DNA from: Pseudomonadota bacterium
Lineage (GTDB): Bacteria; Pseudomonadota; Gammaproteobacteria; Acidiferrobacterales; Acidiferrobacteraceae
Direction: 5' to 3'
Length of the DNA stretch: 64,000 nt
Assembly: GCA_021785035.1 (NCBI GenBank)
Contig: JAJYGP010000063.1
Coordinates: 17,254 to 81,253 of the forward strand
Positions 1-9,500 of this stretch are shown here, piece after piece; position 1 is the stretch's first letter, and the number at the start of each line of letters is the position of its first letter. The translations under genes and the position numbers were made by a program. Under the pieces are notes generated by a model, which saw nothing but the letters and a program-made list of their open reading frames with translations, did no database searches and was not told the origin of the DNA.

Positions 1-968
1 TGTGCGGCGTCCTGGCTATCGGCGCCAATGTCATACACCACGATACGTGGCGCCGGCGCTGACGGGTGCGCTTGGGCCATGGCCACGAAACCGCGCTCCA
101 CGGCCTTCGCAGCCCGTGAAAAGGGCGAGGAGATCGGGAGCAAGAGGGCGACGACTTTGGGTGGCGCGCTCGAGCGTTGCCGGGCGACTAAAAGACCCTG
201 CAGGAAAGCGCGTGTAGGTTGATACTGACTATAGCGCCGCTGCCACTTTTGGATCGCCTTTTGGAGCTTGCGCGAACGTGGGGTATGGCGCCTTACGATC
301 AGTGCCAGGTGGGCCCAAGCGCCTGTTGCCGTGTCGGGACTGCGGTTATAAAGGGATCGCAGTCGCGATGTCGAAACGCCCCCAAGGGCCCGCCACAGGG
401 CCCGTTCGTTATTCGTGATCTGGCGCTGCGATGTGATGAGATGTTCGCGCGCGATGAGGTCTTGCGATGCCAAGAGCGGGTGACCCAGACTTAATGCCGC
501 TTGGGCCTCGACCCGGTCGATTTCCGCTAAGAGGCGGGGCCGAAGACCCGAGAAATGATGCGCGGCTCGGGCCTCCCGCAAGGCCCTTCGGGGGGCGCCT
601 AGTGCGTCGTCGATTTCGGCCTTGAGGGCGTCTTTGCGGGCCGCGAGGGGGCCCGGCAGGGGTTTCGATACCAACGCGAGTTCCTTGTTGGCCGCGCGTA
701 GCGCGCCTGCGCGCACCAGGGCCTCCGCCGCCTTGAGAACGAAGTGCGCACGCGTGGTGCCCGTAGTTTCGTCGGCTAGATGCTGATAGGCTTGAGACCC
801 TTTGATGTAGTGGCCGTGTTTTACAGCGCGTTGCGCGCGCGCCGCGCTGACCACGGTGGTCTTTCGGTACAGGGTCGGCGCGCAGCCGCTCAGGCTGACC
901 CCTATGAGGTTAAGTAGCGTCAGGGTCCAAACGGCGCGGGTGGCCAAAAGCAGCGGGGATCGGTTCAT
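1..968 (-). CDS. lpoA: LpoA-like penicillin-binding-protein activator lipoprotein (N-terminal ~322 codons; 3' end beyond window edge)
   Basis: Own translation of the minus strand from ATG (rc of 966-968), open to position 1: MNRSPLLLATRAVWTLTLLNLIGVSLSGC... gives a signal peptide plus lipobox LSGC. Later ...VVALLLPISSPFSRAAKAVERGF... resembles the start of the periplasmic-binding-like domain. Divergent from rsmI, as lpoA(yraM)/rsmI(yraL) in E. coli. Absent from the ORF track because it runs off the edge. Confidence 0.55.
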   Translation of the reverse strand, partial: MNRSPLLLATRAVWTLTLLNLIGVSLSGCAPTLYRKTTVVSAARAQRAVKHGHYIKGSQAYQHLADETTGTTRAHFVLKAAEALVRAGALRAANKELALVSKPLPGPLAARKDALKAEIDDALGAPRRALREARAAHHFSGLRPRLLAEIDRVEAQAALSLGHPLLASQDLIAREHLITSQRQITNNERALWRALGGVSTSRLRSLYNRSPDTATGAWAHLALIVRRHTPRSRKLQKAIQKWQRRYSQYQPTRAFLQGLLVARQRSSAPPKVVALLLPISSPFSRAAKAVERGFVAMAQAHPSAPAPRIVVYDIGADSQDAA

Positions 969-1022
969 GGGGCAAGTATCCGAAACGGCGCGCAAAATGT
1001 CTATCTTCCTCATGCGGCGACC

Positions 1023-1859
1023 ATGACCGGAGCCCTTTATGTGGTAGCGACCCCGCTTGGGAACTTGGCCGATCTATCACCCCGAGCGGTCGAGGTTTTG
1101 GGTTCGGTTGCGGTCATAGCCGCTGAAGACACCCGCCACTCCCATATCTTGTGCCAACACTGGGGTATCCACACCCCGCTCGTCTCTCTCCACGACTACA
1201 ATGAGCGCGCGCGCCTTCGGCCGCTGATCGAGCGCCTTGAAGCTGGAGAGTCGGTGGCGGTGGTGAGCGACGCCGGTACACCTCTCATTAGCGATCCCGG
1301 CTATCTTTTTGTGCGTGCCGCGCGCCAGAGCGGTATTCCGGTTTATGCAGTGGCCGGTCCGAGCGCCGTCATTGCCGCCTTATCGGTGGCCGGCATTCCT
1401 TGCGACCGCTTTGCCTTTGAGGGTTTCCCACCCCCGCAGGCCGCAGCCCGGCAGGCGTTTTTTTTGTCCCTGGCCCACGAGCCGAGAACGCTTGTATTTT
1501 ATGAATCGCCACACCGCTTGGGCGCTTCGCTAGTCGATCTCAGTCAAGCCTTGGGTGGCGACCGTGAGGCCGCGCTCATGCGCGAACTCACGAAGCGTTA
1601 CGAGGAGAGCGTACTGGGTACACTCGCGAGCTTAGCTGACGACTTTTCTGTACGATCGGTAAAGGGTGAATGTGTGTTGGTGGTTCGCGGAGCCTTGGAG
1701 CCGCGTCACGACGAAGACGGTGAGCGGGTTTTGCGTATTCTTCTCGATGCTCTGCCGCTGCGCCAAGCCGTCGATCTCACAGTCGCCATCACCGACGCGC
1801 CGCGCAAACCCCTCTATACGTTGGCGTTGAGCTTAAAGGATCGGCCAGAAAAGTCTTGA
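1023..1859 (+). CDS. rsmI: 16S rRNA (cytidine1402-2'-O)-methyltransferase RsmI
   Basis: 278 aa. N-terminus MTGALYVVATPLGNLADLSPRA...AAEDTRHS is typical of RsmI (tetrapyrrole-methylase fold). Conserved divergent pairing with lpoA. Confidence 0.9.
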   Translation: MTGALYVVATPLGNLADLSPRAVEVLGSVAVIAAEDTRHSHILCQHWGIHTPLVSLHDYNERARLRPLIERLEAGESVAVVSDAGTPLISDPGYLFVRAARQSGIPVYAVAGPSAVIAALSVAGIPCDRFAFEGFPPPQAAARQAFFLSLAHEPRTLVFYESPHRLGASLVDLSQALGGDREAALMRELTKRYEESVLGTLASLADDFSVRSVKGECVLVVRGALEPRHDEDGERVLRILLDALPLRQAVDLTVAITDAPRKPLYTLALSLKDRPEKS

Positions 1860-1954
1860 CGGCGCCCTGTTCTTTATAGGTCAGAAGCGAGCGCTATCAG
1901 GCCTGTTTCAAGGTATAAACAAGTAAATCGTTATGTTCAAATATATTAATTCAC

Positions 1955-1968
1955 TTGATATATATCAG
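1955..1968. promoter_or_regulatory. FNR/CRP-type palindrome TTGAT-ATAT-ATCAg in the AT-rich island upstream of the cytochrome c4/bc1 operon
   Basis: Read directly: ...cacTTGATATATATCAGtg... matches TTGAT-N4-ATCAA at 9 of 10 positions and contains the perfect 12-nt palindrome TGATATATATCA. About 135 nt upstream of ATG 2103, in the only AT-rich stretch of the spacer. Confidence 0.35.
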
Positions 1969-2102
1969 TGTGTCGCTTGAGAGGGATGCGGGCTTGTGCC
2001 AGAATCCTCGCTCGCAGGGTCCGGTTAAGAGACTAGAGACCGCGAAGCGCCTTGCAGAGGCCACAATGGTGTGCGGTAGTTAGCCAAGAGAGGGTAAGGT
2101 CG

Positions 2103-2726
2103 ATGGTGAGAGCAGTACGCAAGGCGATGTCTATGGGGGCGGGACTTGTCCTACTGGTCGGGAGCGCTTACGCAGCCGGCCCCGTTAAAGTTCCTACAAT
2201 CGTGACGACGACTTGTTCGGCTTGTCACGGATTAAACGGCGTGTCGATGGTCCCTACGTTTCCGAACCTTGCGGCCCAGGGCGCTCCATACCTCGTCAAA
2301 CAAATTAGGGATTTCCAAAACCACAAGCGTGCCGATCCTCTAGCCCAATCCATTATGTGGGCGATGGCCGCGACAATTCCGAAGAATAAGATTCACGAGA
2401 TCGCCGATTATTTCGCCAGCCAAAAAGGCGCGCCGGGCTCTCCGGAGAGCGCGCAGCTCGTGGCGGCAGGCCGGAAGATCTATATGGGTGGGGTCGCCAC
2501 CGACCATTTGCCTGCTTGTATGGCCTGTCACGGTTCGACGGCTCGTGGACTCCCGCCGCTTTTCCCGCGGCTAGCCGGGCAGCATATGACATACGTCATT
2601 GCCCAATTACAGGCTTTTAAGACCAAACAAAGAAGCAACGATCCTCTGGCAATTATGCGCACGATTGCCGCTAAGCTGTCGACAAAACAGATGGACGCGG
2701 TTGCCGCCTACGTTCGAACTCTTTAA
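2103..2726 (+). CDS. Dihaem cytochrome c4
   Basis: Two CxxCH motifs (CSACH, CMACH) in two repeated ~90-aa halves. Signal peptide ...MSMGAGLVLLVGSAYA. Start moved from track TTG 2052 to ATG 2103 behind GAGGGTAAGG. Confidence 0.85.
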   Translation: MVRAVRKAMSMGAGLVLLVGSAYAAGPVKVPTIVTTTCSACHGLNGVSMVPTFPNLAAQGAPYLVKQIRDFQNHKRADPLAQSIMWAMAATIPKNKIHEIADYFASQKGAPGSPESAQLVAAGRKIYMGGVATDHLPACMACHGSTARGLPPLFPRLAGQHMTYVIAQLQAFKTKQRSNDPLAIMRTIAAKLSTKQMDAVAAYVRTL

Positions 2727-2738
2727 GTGGGGATTGGT

Positions 2739-3521
2739 ATGCCGCATTACGAACCGCCCGCCGGATGCTTACAGGGGCGCGCGGTACTGGTAACGGGAGC
2801 TGGCGACGGTCTCGGGCGGGCCGTAGCGCGAGCCTACGGTCGGTATGGGGCGGAGGTCATTTTGCTTGGAAAGACGGTCGCGAAGCTCGAGGCCGTTTAT
2901 GACGAAATCCTCGGTCTCGGGGGCCCTGAGCCGGCCGTCTATCCTCTGGACCTTAGTGGCGCCCGGGCTCGGGATTACCGCGATCTGGCGAAAAATATAG
3001 AGAGCAAGATCGGACATCTCGATGGCATCGTTCATAACGCGGCCGTGCTGGAGCTTCTGACGCCGCTTGAGTTCCATCCGGCTGAGGCCTGGGACCGCAC
3101 CTTGCAGGCTAACGTGACCGGTCCTTTTCTTCTGACTCAAGCCTGCCTGCCGCTCTTAAGGGCAGCGCCCGATAGCGCGATTCTCTTTACGGGCGATGAA
3201 TGCGCCGTAACCCCGAAGGGCTATTGGGGCGCCTATGGGGCAAGTAAGGCGGCCCTGCATAACCTTGCATTTATGTGGTCACAAGAGCTGAGCGAAACGG
3301 CAGTCCGGGTCCATGTCTTGGATCCGGGACCTGTGCGTACCGATATGCGGCTGCGCACCCACCCTGGGGCGCCTTTATCGTCCTGGCCGTTGCCGGAAGC
3401 GCTAGTGCCGGCGTACGTTTATTTTATGGGTCCCGAGAGCCATAGCCGTCGGGACCAATTGATTCACGCTTCGGATTGGCTTGATACGTCTGTCGATGAC
3501 CGTCCAAAGGCCGCAGTGTGA
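2739..3521 (+). CDS. Short-chain dehydrogenase/reductase, YciK/SdrA-like
   Basis: Rossmann motif VLVTGAGDGLGRAVA and catalytic Y-x3-K (YGASKAAL). Start taken at ATG 2739, 12 nt inside the track ORF. Sits between the c4 and petA genes. Confidence 0.8.
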   Translation: MPHYEPPAGCLQGRAVLVTGAGDGLGRAVARAYGRYGAEVILLGKTVAKLEAVYDEILGLGGPEPAVYPLDLSGARARDYRDLAKNIESKIGHLDGIVHNAAVLELLTPLEFHPAEAWDRTLQANVTGPFLLTQACLPLLRAAPDSAILFTGDECAVTPKGYWGAYGASKAALHNLAFMWSQELSETAVRVHVLDPGPVRTDMRLRTHPGAPLSSWPLPEALVPAYVYFMGPESHSRRDQLIHASDWLDTSVDDRPKAAV

Positions 3522-3613
3522 GCGAGTTTCCGTTGTGCTGGTTGTACGGAAGGGGGGTCTTGGGGGCCGGAAGGTCACCGCAAGGCAAGGGCGTTGGAGG
3601 CTGAGGTGAAGGC

Positions 3614-4234
3614 ATGGCAAAGACAGTCGAGGATACAAAAGACAGACCCGACATGGGGCGGCGGCGCTTCCTGACGGCGGCGACGTCGGTGGTAGGGGTA
3701 GCGGCTATTGGAACGGTCGCGGTGGCAATGGTGGACAGTCTCGAGCCGACGGCCGCCGAGGCGGCAGCCGCTGCGACGGTAGTGAATTTGAGTCCTATCG
3801 AGCCAGGGATGCAGGTCACGGTGCCTTGGCAGAAAAAGCCGGTGATCATCGTGAACCGAACGCCCGCCATGCTGGCGACTCTCGCCGAGGCCGAGAGTAA
3901 GAAACTACTGAAAGATCCAAACTGCGACGTCCCTCAGCAGCCGCCTTATTGTAAGAACCAATATCGGGCGCGTAAGCCGGAGTGGCTTGTCATGGTGCGG
4001 ATTTGTACGCACCTTTGCTGTATTCCCCATTATCGGCCGAAGAAGGCCAGCGTAACGCCGTGGTGGCTTGGCGGTTTTCACTGCCCATGCCATGGTTCGA
4101 TGTACGACCTTTCCGGGCGGGTCATTAAGGGGTCGCCGGCTCCGCATAATATGGCGGTCCCCGAATACACGTTCTCGCCTAACGGGAAGACTGTGACGGT
4201 TACGAAGATGTATCCATTGGCGCACTTGTGCTAG
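3614..4234 (+). CDS. petA: Ubiquinol-cytochrome c reductase Rieske iron-sulfur subunit
   Basis: Tat-type signal GRRRFLTAAT. Rieske boxes CTHLCC and CPCHGSMYD. Confidence 0.92.
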   Translation: MAKTVEDTKDRPDMGRRRFLTAATSVVGVAAIGTVAVAMVDSLEPTAAEAAAAATVVNLSPIEPGMQVTVPWQKKPVIIVNRTPAMLATLAEAESKKLLKDPNCDVPQQPPYCKNQYRARKPEWLVMVRICTHLCCIPHYRPKKASVTPWWLGGFHCPCHGSMYDLSGRVIKGSPAPHNMAVPEYTFSPNGKTVTVTKMYPLAHLC

Positions 4235-4268
4235 GTCGGGCAGGCTCAGAACAGGGTAGGAGAGTCGC

Positions 4269-5477
4269 ATGAGCAAGTTTGGTGATTGGTTAAACGAGAG
4301 GTTTCCCGCGCGTGAAATGATGCGGGAGCATATGACGGAGTACTACGCTCCGAAAAACTTCAACATCCTGTACTACACGGGGTCGTTGTTACTCCTCATG
4401 ATCGTGTTGCAGCTGGTATCGGGCTTTTTGCTTATGGCCCATTATGTGCCGACAAGCAAAGACGCGTTCAATTCCGTCCAAGGCATCATGTATGACACGA
4501 AATGGGGTTGGCTCATTCGGTATATGCATGTCGACGGCGTGTCCCTTATTTTCATTTTGCTCTATCTTCATATGGGGCGGGGCCTTCTGTACGGCTCCTA
4601 CCGTAAGCCGCGAGAGCTTTTGTGGATCATAGGGTACGTCATTTACATCATGATGATGGGTGAGGCCTTCTTCGGCTATATCCTGCCATTCGGGAATTTG
4701 TCCTATTGGGCTGGACAGGTTATTACCTCAATCATCCATGCGGTGCCGCTCATCGGTCCGGGTCTCACCACCCTGGCGCGGGGTGGACCAGGAGTCGGGA
4801 CGGCCACGCTTGAGCGTTTTCTGGCGCTGCACGCTGTCCTCTGGTTCATGATCATAGCGGCGCTGATCGTGCTCCATATCTTGGCGCTTCATCAGGTCGG
4901 CTCGAACAATCCCGATGGTATCGAGATCAAAAAGCTCAAGGGTCCGGACGGCCATCCGCTCGATGGGATCCCCTTTCACCCATACTATACGGTCAAGGAT
5001 CTCTTCGGCGTTGGTGTGTGGCTCACGATCTTTGCTGCCATCATCCTTTATGCCCCCACGATGCACGGCGTGTTCCTGGAGCGCACCACTTTCTTCCGCG
5101 CTAACCCGATGGTCGGGCTTCCGGACGTCACGCCGCCTTGGTATCTGGCCCCTTATTACGCCATGTTGCGGGCAGTACCGAACAAGTATTACGGGATCGC
5201 ACTGATGTTTTTGGCGATCGTTCTTCCGTTCTTTCTGCCGTGGCTTGATCGCAATCCGGTGCGCTCCAGCCGCTACCGCCCGGTCTATAGGATCATGATT
5301 CTCGTCATGGGGATTACCTTCTTTACGCTGGCCTGGGTGGGCGAGCAGCCGCCCTTACCGAAGTATTTCCTCATAGAGCGTCTGGGAGCCGCGATCTATA
5401 TCGGTTTTTATTTCTTGCTTCCGATCATAAGTTCAATTGAACCGACCAAGAAAGTGCCGGAAAGGGTGAGGTCATGA
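4269..5477 (+). CDS. petB: Cytochrome b of the bc1 complex
   Basis: 402 aa, multi-TM. Motifs typical of cytochrome b (YMHVDGVSLIFILLYLHMGRGLLYGSY, PPWYLAPYYAMLR). Confidence 0.93.
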   Translation: MSKFGDWLNERFPAREMMREHMTEYYAPKNFNILYYTGSLLLLMIVLQLVSGFLLMAHYVPTSKDAFNSVQGIMYDTKWGWLIRYMHVDGVSLIFILLYLHMGRGLLYGSYRKPRELLWIIGYVIYIMMMGEAFFGYILPFGNLSYWAGQVITSIIHAVPLIGPGLTTLARGGPGVGTATLERFLALHAVLWFMIIAALIVLHILALHQVGSNNPDGIEIKKLKGPDGHPLDGIPFHPYYTVKDLFGVGVWLTIFAAIILYAPTMHGVFLERTTFFRANPMVGLPDVTPPWYLAPYYAMLRAVPNKYYGIALMFLAIVLPFFLPWLDRNPVRSSRYRPVYRIMILVMGITFFTLAWVGEQPPLPKYFLIERLGAAIYIGFYFLLPIISSIEPTKKVPERVRS

Positions 5478-6223
5478 TGAGGAAAACATGGACAGGAGGC
5501 CTCGTAGCCGCCTTGGCGACTCTCGGTCTGGGTTGCGGGCAGGCCGCAACCTTAGCGACGCCATCGTATACCTTTAACAAACCTACGGTGATCGCGGGCG
5601 CCAAGTTGTTCGCCGACCACTGTAGCGCGTGTCACGCCGTGAGCTCGCTTCGCTATAACCGTTTGGCGGCGGATCTCGGTATGACGAAGGCGGAAATCAA
5701 GAAGGACATCATGTTGCCAGGGGGCGCTAACTATCTTCAGGGCATGCAGCCGACCATGAGCCAGGCGGACGCCAAGAAGTGGTTCGGCCTGCCACCTCCC
5801 AACCTAAGCCATATAGTACGGGCCGAGGGAGCGCGCTGGGTCTACACGTATCTTACCTCCTTTTACTGGGATCCGAAGCGGCCGTCGGGATGGAACAACC
5901 ACATCTTTCCGAACGTAGCGATGCCGGATATCCTGGCTCCGTGGGGCGGGACCTACACCAAGAACGGCAAGCTTTTGCAGGCCGGTCGTGAGTCCCCGGC
6001 GCTTTACCATAAGCAGGTCGCGGAGATCGTGGCGTTCTTGCGCTACGCGAGCGACCCGTCGGTGTTTGAGCGCCGCGCGATTGGCCGCTATGTGCTCGGT
6101 ACCCTCATTCTTTTGACGATTCTTGCCTACCTCCTGAAGAAGGATTACTGGCGGGATATTCACAATAAGGACGAGGCGGAGAAGGCCAAAGCTGCAAAGA
6201 AGGCGGGCTCGGCTAAGGCCTAA
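5474..6223 (+). CDS. petC: Cytochrome c1
   Basis: Signal peptide, single CSACH, C-terminal TM anchor YVLGTLILLTILAYLL. ATGA overlap with petB. Confidence 0.88.
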   Translation: MMRKTWTGGLVAALATLGLGCGQAATLATPSYTFNKPTVIAGAKLFADHCSACHAVSSLRYNRLAADLGMTKAEIKKDIMLPGGANYLQGMQPTMSQADAKKWFGLPPPNLSHIVRAEGARWVYTYLTSFYWDPKRPSGWNNHIFPNVAMPDILAPWGGTYTKNGKLLQAGRESPALYHKQVAEIVAFLRYASDPSVFERRAIGRYVLGTLILLTILAYLLKKDYWRDIHNKDEAEKAKAAKKAGSAKA

Positions 6224-6247
6224 GCGCGACCGCTGTTCGAGCGTTTC

Positions 6248-6276
6248 AAAACCCCCGCCCTGTGCGGGGGTTTTTG
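6248..6276 (+). terminator. Rho-independent terminator of the c4-SDR-petABC operon
   Basis: aaaaCCCCCGC-cctgt-GCGGGGGttttt: 7-bp GC stem, 5-nt loop, T5 tail, about 25 nt after the petC stop. Confidence 0.85.
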
Positions 6277-6580
6277 TGTGTCTGGCATGGGCGCACTCTG
6301 AAAGGTGCAAGTCCTCCCGTGAACTGGCCATAGTGAACGAAGCGAAACGCCCCTGTGGAAGGGTGACTGACCGTTGGGGGGAAGCGTAGAGCGCAGCTGC
6401 GAGCCGATGAATAAGGAACCAGATAGAGGGCGCCCCCGAGCCGGGGGAGCGGCCGGGGAGCAGGCGCGCTCCTGCCATGGGTATCACAACTTGCGCTCGC
6501 AAGGGCATGATGTAAGCCGGACGGGACGGTCAGCTGAGGTTCAGTCACCGTCGCCACCGCCGCTAGGGGTAAAGCCTGTG

Positions 6581-9500
6581 TTATGGTCGCGGACCGCGCA
6601 GCATGGTATCTATGTCACGGAAAACGGCCTGGATGGCGGGTCTTAGCTGATAGATCCAGTAGCTGCGGAACGCGGCTTCGTTCCCGGTGTCGCCCTGGCG
6701 AAGCGCTGTTTCAAGTGGCGTCCAGGCGTCGAGCTGTCCGTAAACCGCGCGCCGCGTCTGTATCCACGCTTGCAGTTGGGCGTGACCGGCCAAGAGGCTT
6801 CTCGTATCGCACGAGGCATAGTGATCCGGCTCCAAAAAGGCGTAGCCGACCAATATCAAATCTTTGGTCGGAAAGACCGCGCCGGTCGACGTGCAGGTTG
6901 GATGGGACGTTTCAAGCCATACATAAAAATCGGATTCCGATAATGGCGGAGACAGCAGATAGCCCTGCACGTAGTTTCCTCCAATATGCCGCCATAAGGC
7001 GAGATCGTTTGGTTCCTCGATTCCCTCGGCGATCAGTCGGCGTCCAGAGAGTGTGCCAAGAAGCAGTACGGCGCTCGCTACGGCGAAGGCGTTTGGGTCG
7101 TATCGAAACGAGCGAATAAAGCGTTGATCAAGCTTCAGTTCGTCGACCGGCAGATGCACGGCTTCGTTAAGCGACGAGTAGCCGGTCCCAAAGTCGTCGA
7201 GCGCCACCGCAAAGCCCATCTCCTTGAGCTGGACAATAACCTGGGCGGCACGATGCATGTCGCTCAGTGCGACGTTTTCGGTGACCTCGATGCACAGACC
7301 CTCGCCGCTCGTTCCCTCGAGACGGGACGCGATATCCGCCAAAAATGCCGGGTGAAGAAAATGATGGGCACCGACGTTAAAGGCGACCCGCAGCCGGTAA
7401 CCAGCCGCCCGCAGCCGGGCTCGTACCTCGATGGCTTCCGAAAGGGCATAGCGTCCGAGGGCCCGGATCAAGGCCGGATCTTTTTCGACATCGGCGATGA
7501 AGTCGCTTGCAAGGAGGACGCCTTCAGCGGTGCGCCAGCGCGCGAGAAGTTCGAGTCCTTCGATGGTTCCGGCGAGGCAGCTCATCTGGGGTTGGAGAAG
7601 AAAATGAACCTGTTTTGCGGCCAGGGCATTAGGGAGGCGCTGATGGATTTGTAGCCGCCGCTCAAGGCGCTTGGCGATATCGCCGCCGAACAGGCAAAAC
7701 GTGTTGCGGCCACCGGCCTTGGCCGCATAGAGGGCCTCGTCGGCGTGGGCAAGAAGTGTCGCATAAGGGGTCTCGGCGGCATAGGTCGCCCAGCCAATAC
7801 TAGTCGTTATGTGTTTTTCATCATCCGCCTCGCCCACGGTCCGGAGTATGCGGTCCGATATCGCGGCCAGCGTGTCGGTCTCCTCGATCGTCACAAGGAG
7901 CCCAAATTCATCGCCCCCGAGGCGCGCTAAGCCCTCGTCTTTACGGATGACTTGGCGAAGCCGTTCGGCCACGGATTTCAGCAGATCGTCTCCGGCCTTG
8001 TGACCCTGAAGATCATTCCACTCCTTAAAACCATCAAGATCCATGATTCCCAATGCCATGGCGCGTCCGCTGCGGCTGGCTCGAGCCATGGCCTCGGTGG
8101 CGGAGCGTTCGAAGTAGGCACGATTAGGTAGGCCTGTGAGCGGATCGTAAAGGGACAGATGCAAAAGTTCTTGTTGGCGATCATAGTCGCTGACGGCTAG
8201 GCTAATGTCTCGTCCCAGCGTTTCGATGAGCTGAACCAGGTCGTAGTCGAAAAATTCGGTTTCGGCAGCCACGATGCCGAGGAGCCCTGACGGCCCGCCG
8301 TTATTTTTCCATGACACGGCGAGCGCGGATTGCAGACCGAGTGCGTGAGCCTTGCCGCGCCATTCGTCGTTGCCAAGCCAGTAGGCGCGCTTCTCAAAAA
8401 GCTGAGCGCCCTGCGCGCCTATGGTCTGGGCGTGCATGCCACCTAAGCCGTTATCGCAGGGGTTCAGGCTAATGGACGCCTCGTCTGTGAATGTTTTGGC
8501 GGGACCGCTGCTTGCGACCACCCGCGCGGAATCTCCTTCGATCAGTGAAATGAAGGTAAGCGGTACGCCGGTCGAAGTCGCCAGGACATCGCAGACGTGG
8601 CGAAAAAGTTGGAGCGGCTCATGTTGCCGGACCATGAGTTGGCTGGCCCGCGCGATGGCCTCGTAGAAGGCCCGGTAGCGATCGATCTGCCGGCTGGTGC
8701 GGTACCGGCTGAGCGCCACCCTGACGCTCGCCACAAGGTGCTCGAGCAGCGCCTGCAGGGCGGGGGTGAAGTAGTGCGGATCGGTTCCCTTAACGACGAG
8801 AACGGCCGTGGGGTTCGCCTTATCCTCTTCAAGTATTGGGTAAGCTACGACTGCACGCACGGATGATAAGGCAGGTTCGTTCTCCAAAGACTGCCACAGC
8901 TTAAGATCGCTTTCAGGATCAATCGGTCCGCAGGGAACCCCATTGCGAAAGGCGTGGGCGGCCGGCGTTTGTCCAAGCGGATATTCGCGTGGATCGTAGG
9001 ACAATGTCAGGCGTTCGAGGGCGCGCGTCACCTCCTCCGATTGGCCGGCTGCGACCTTGACGTAAAGTCGTTGATTGTCTGGTTGCGGCGTGGCGACAAA
9101 GGCCCCGAGGATATCGGTTTGAGTCTGCAATATCTGCACAAGCAAGGCGTAGACGTCATCTGGCCGCGGCGCGCGTATCAGCTCGAGCTGCATTTTTCCG
9201 ACCGCCACTTGGTAGCGTTGCAGGCGTAGGATGTCGAGTTGTTGCCGTCTTTGATTGACAGCGCTCATCAGTTGGTCGCCCAGTTCATGGATCAGCCCTT
9301 CCCATGGCACGGTGCGGGCGCGCCGCGAGGGCCGGATTACGATGAGAACGCCGGTTTTTCCCAAGGCCAAAGCAAGTGGTTTCTGGGGACCGTCAACGGG
9401 TATGTGGCGCCACTCATGGTCGACTGCCACCGTGAAGGCTGTGTGGGACACGTCGCTTGTAAATTCGGCGTTGGCCGGTCCGACCGCAATTCCCTCGGAA

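Noticed and set aside
5804-6508. 234-aa minus-strand ORF spanning the petC 3' end and the petC/GGDEF convergent spacer
   Set aside because: It overlaps petC antisense and runs through the strong petC terminator hairpin. No motifs.
6277-6580. 300-nt convergent intergenic region examined as a possible ncRNA
   Set aside because: Only short 5-6-bp GC hairpins. No match to any RNA family I can recognise (SRP, 6S, tmRNA, riboswitch cores). Left unannotated rather than guessed.
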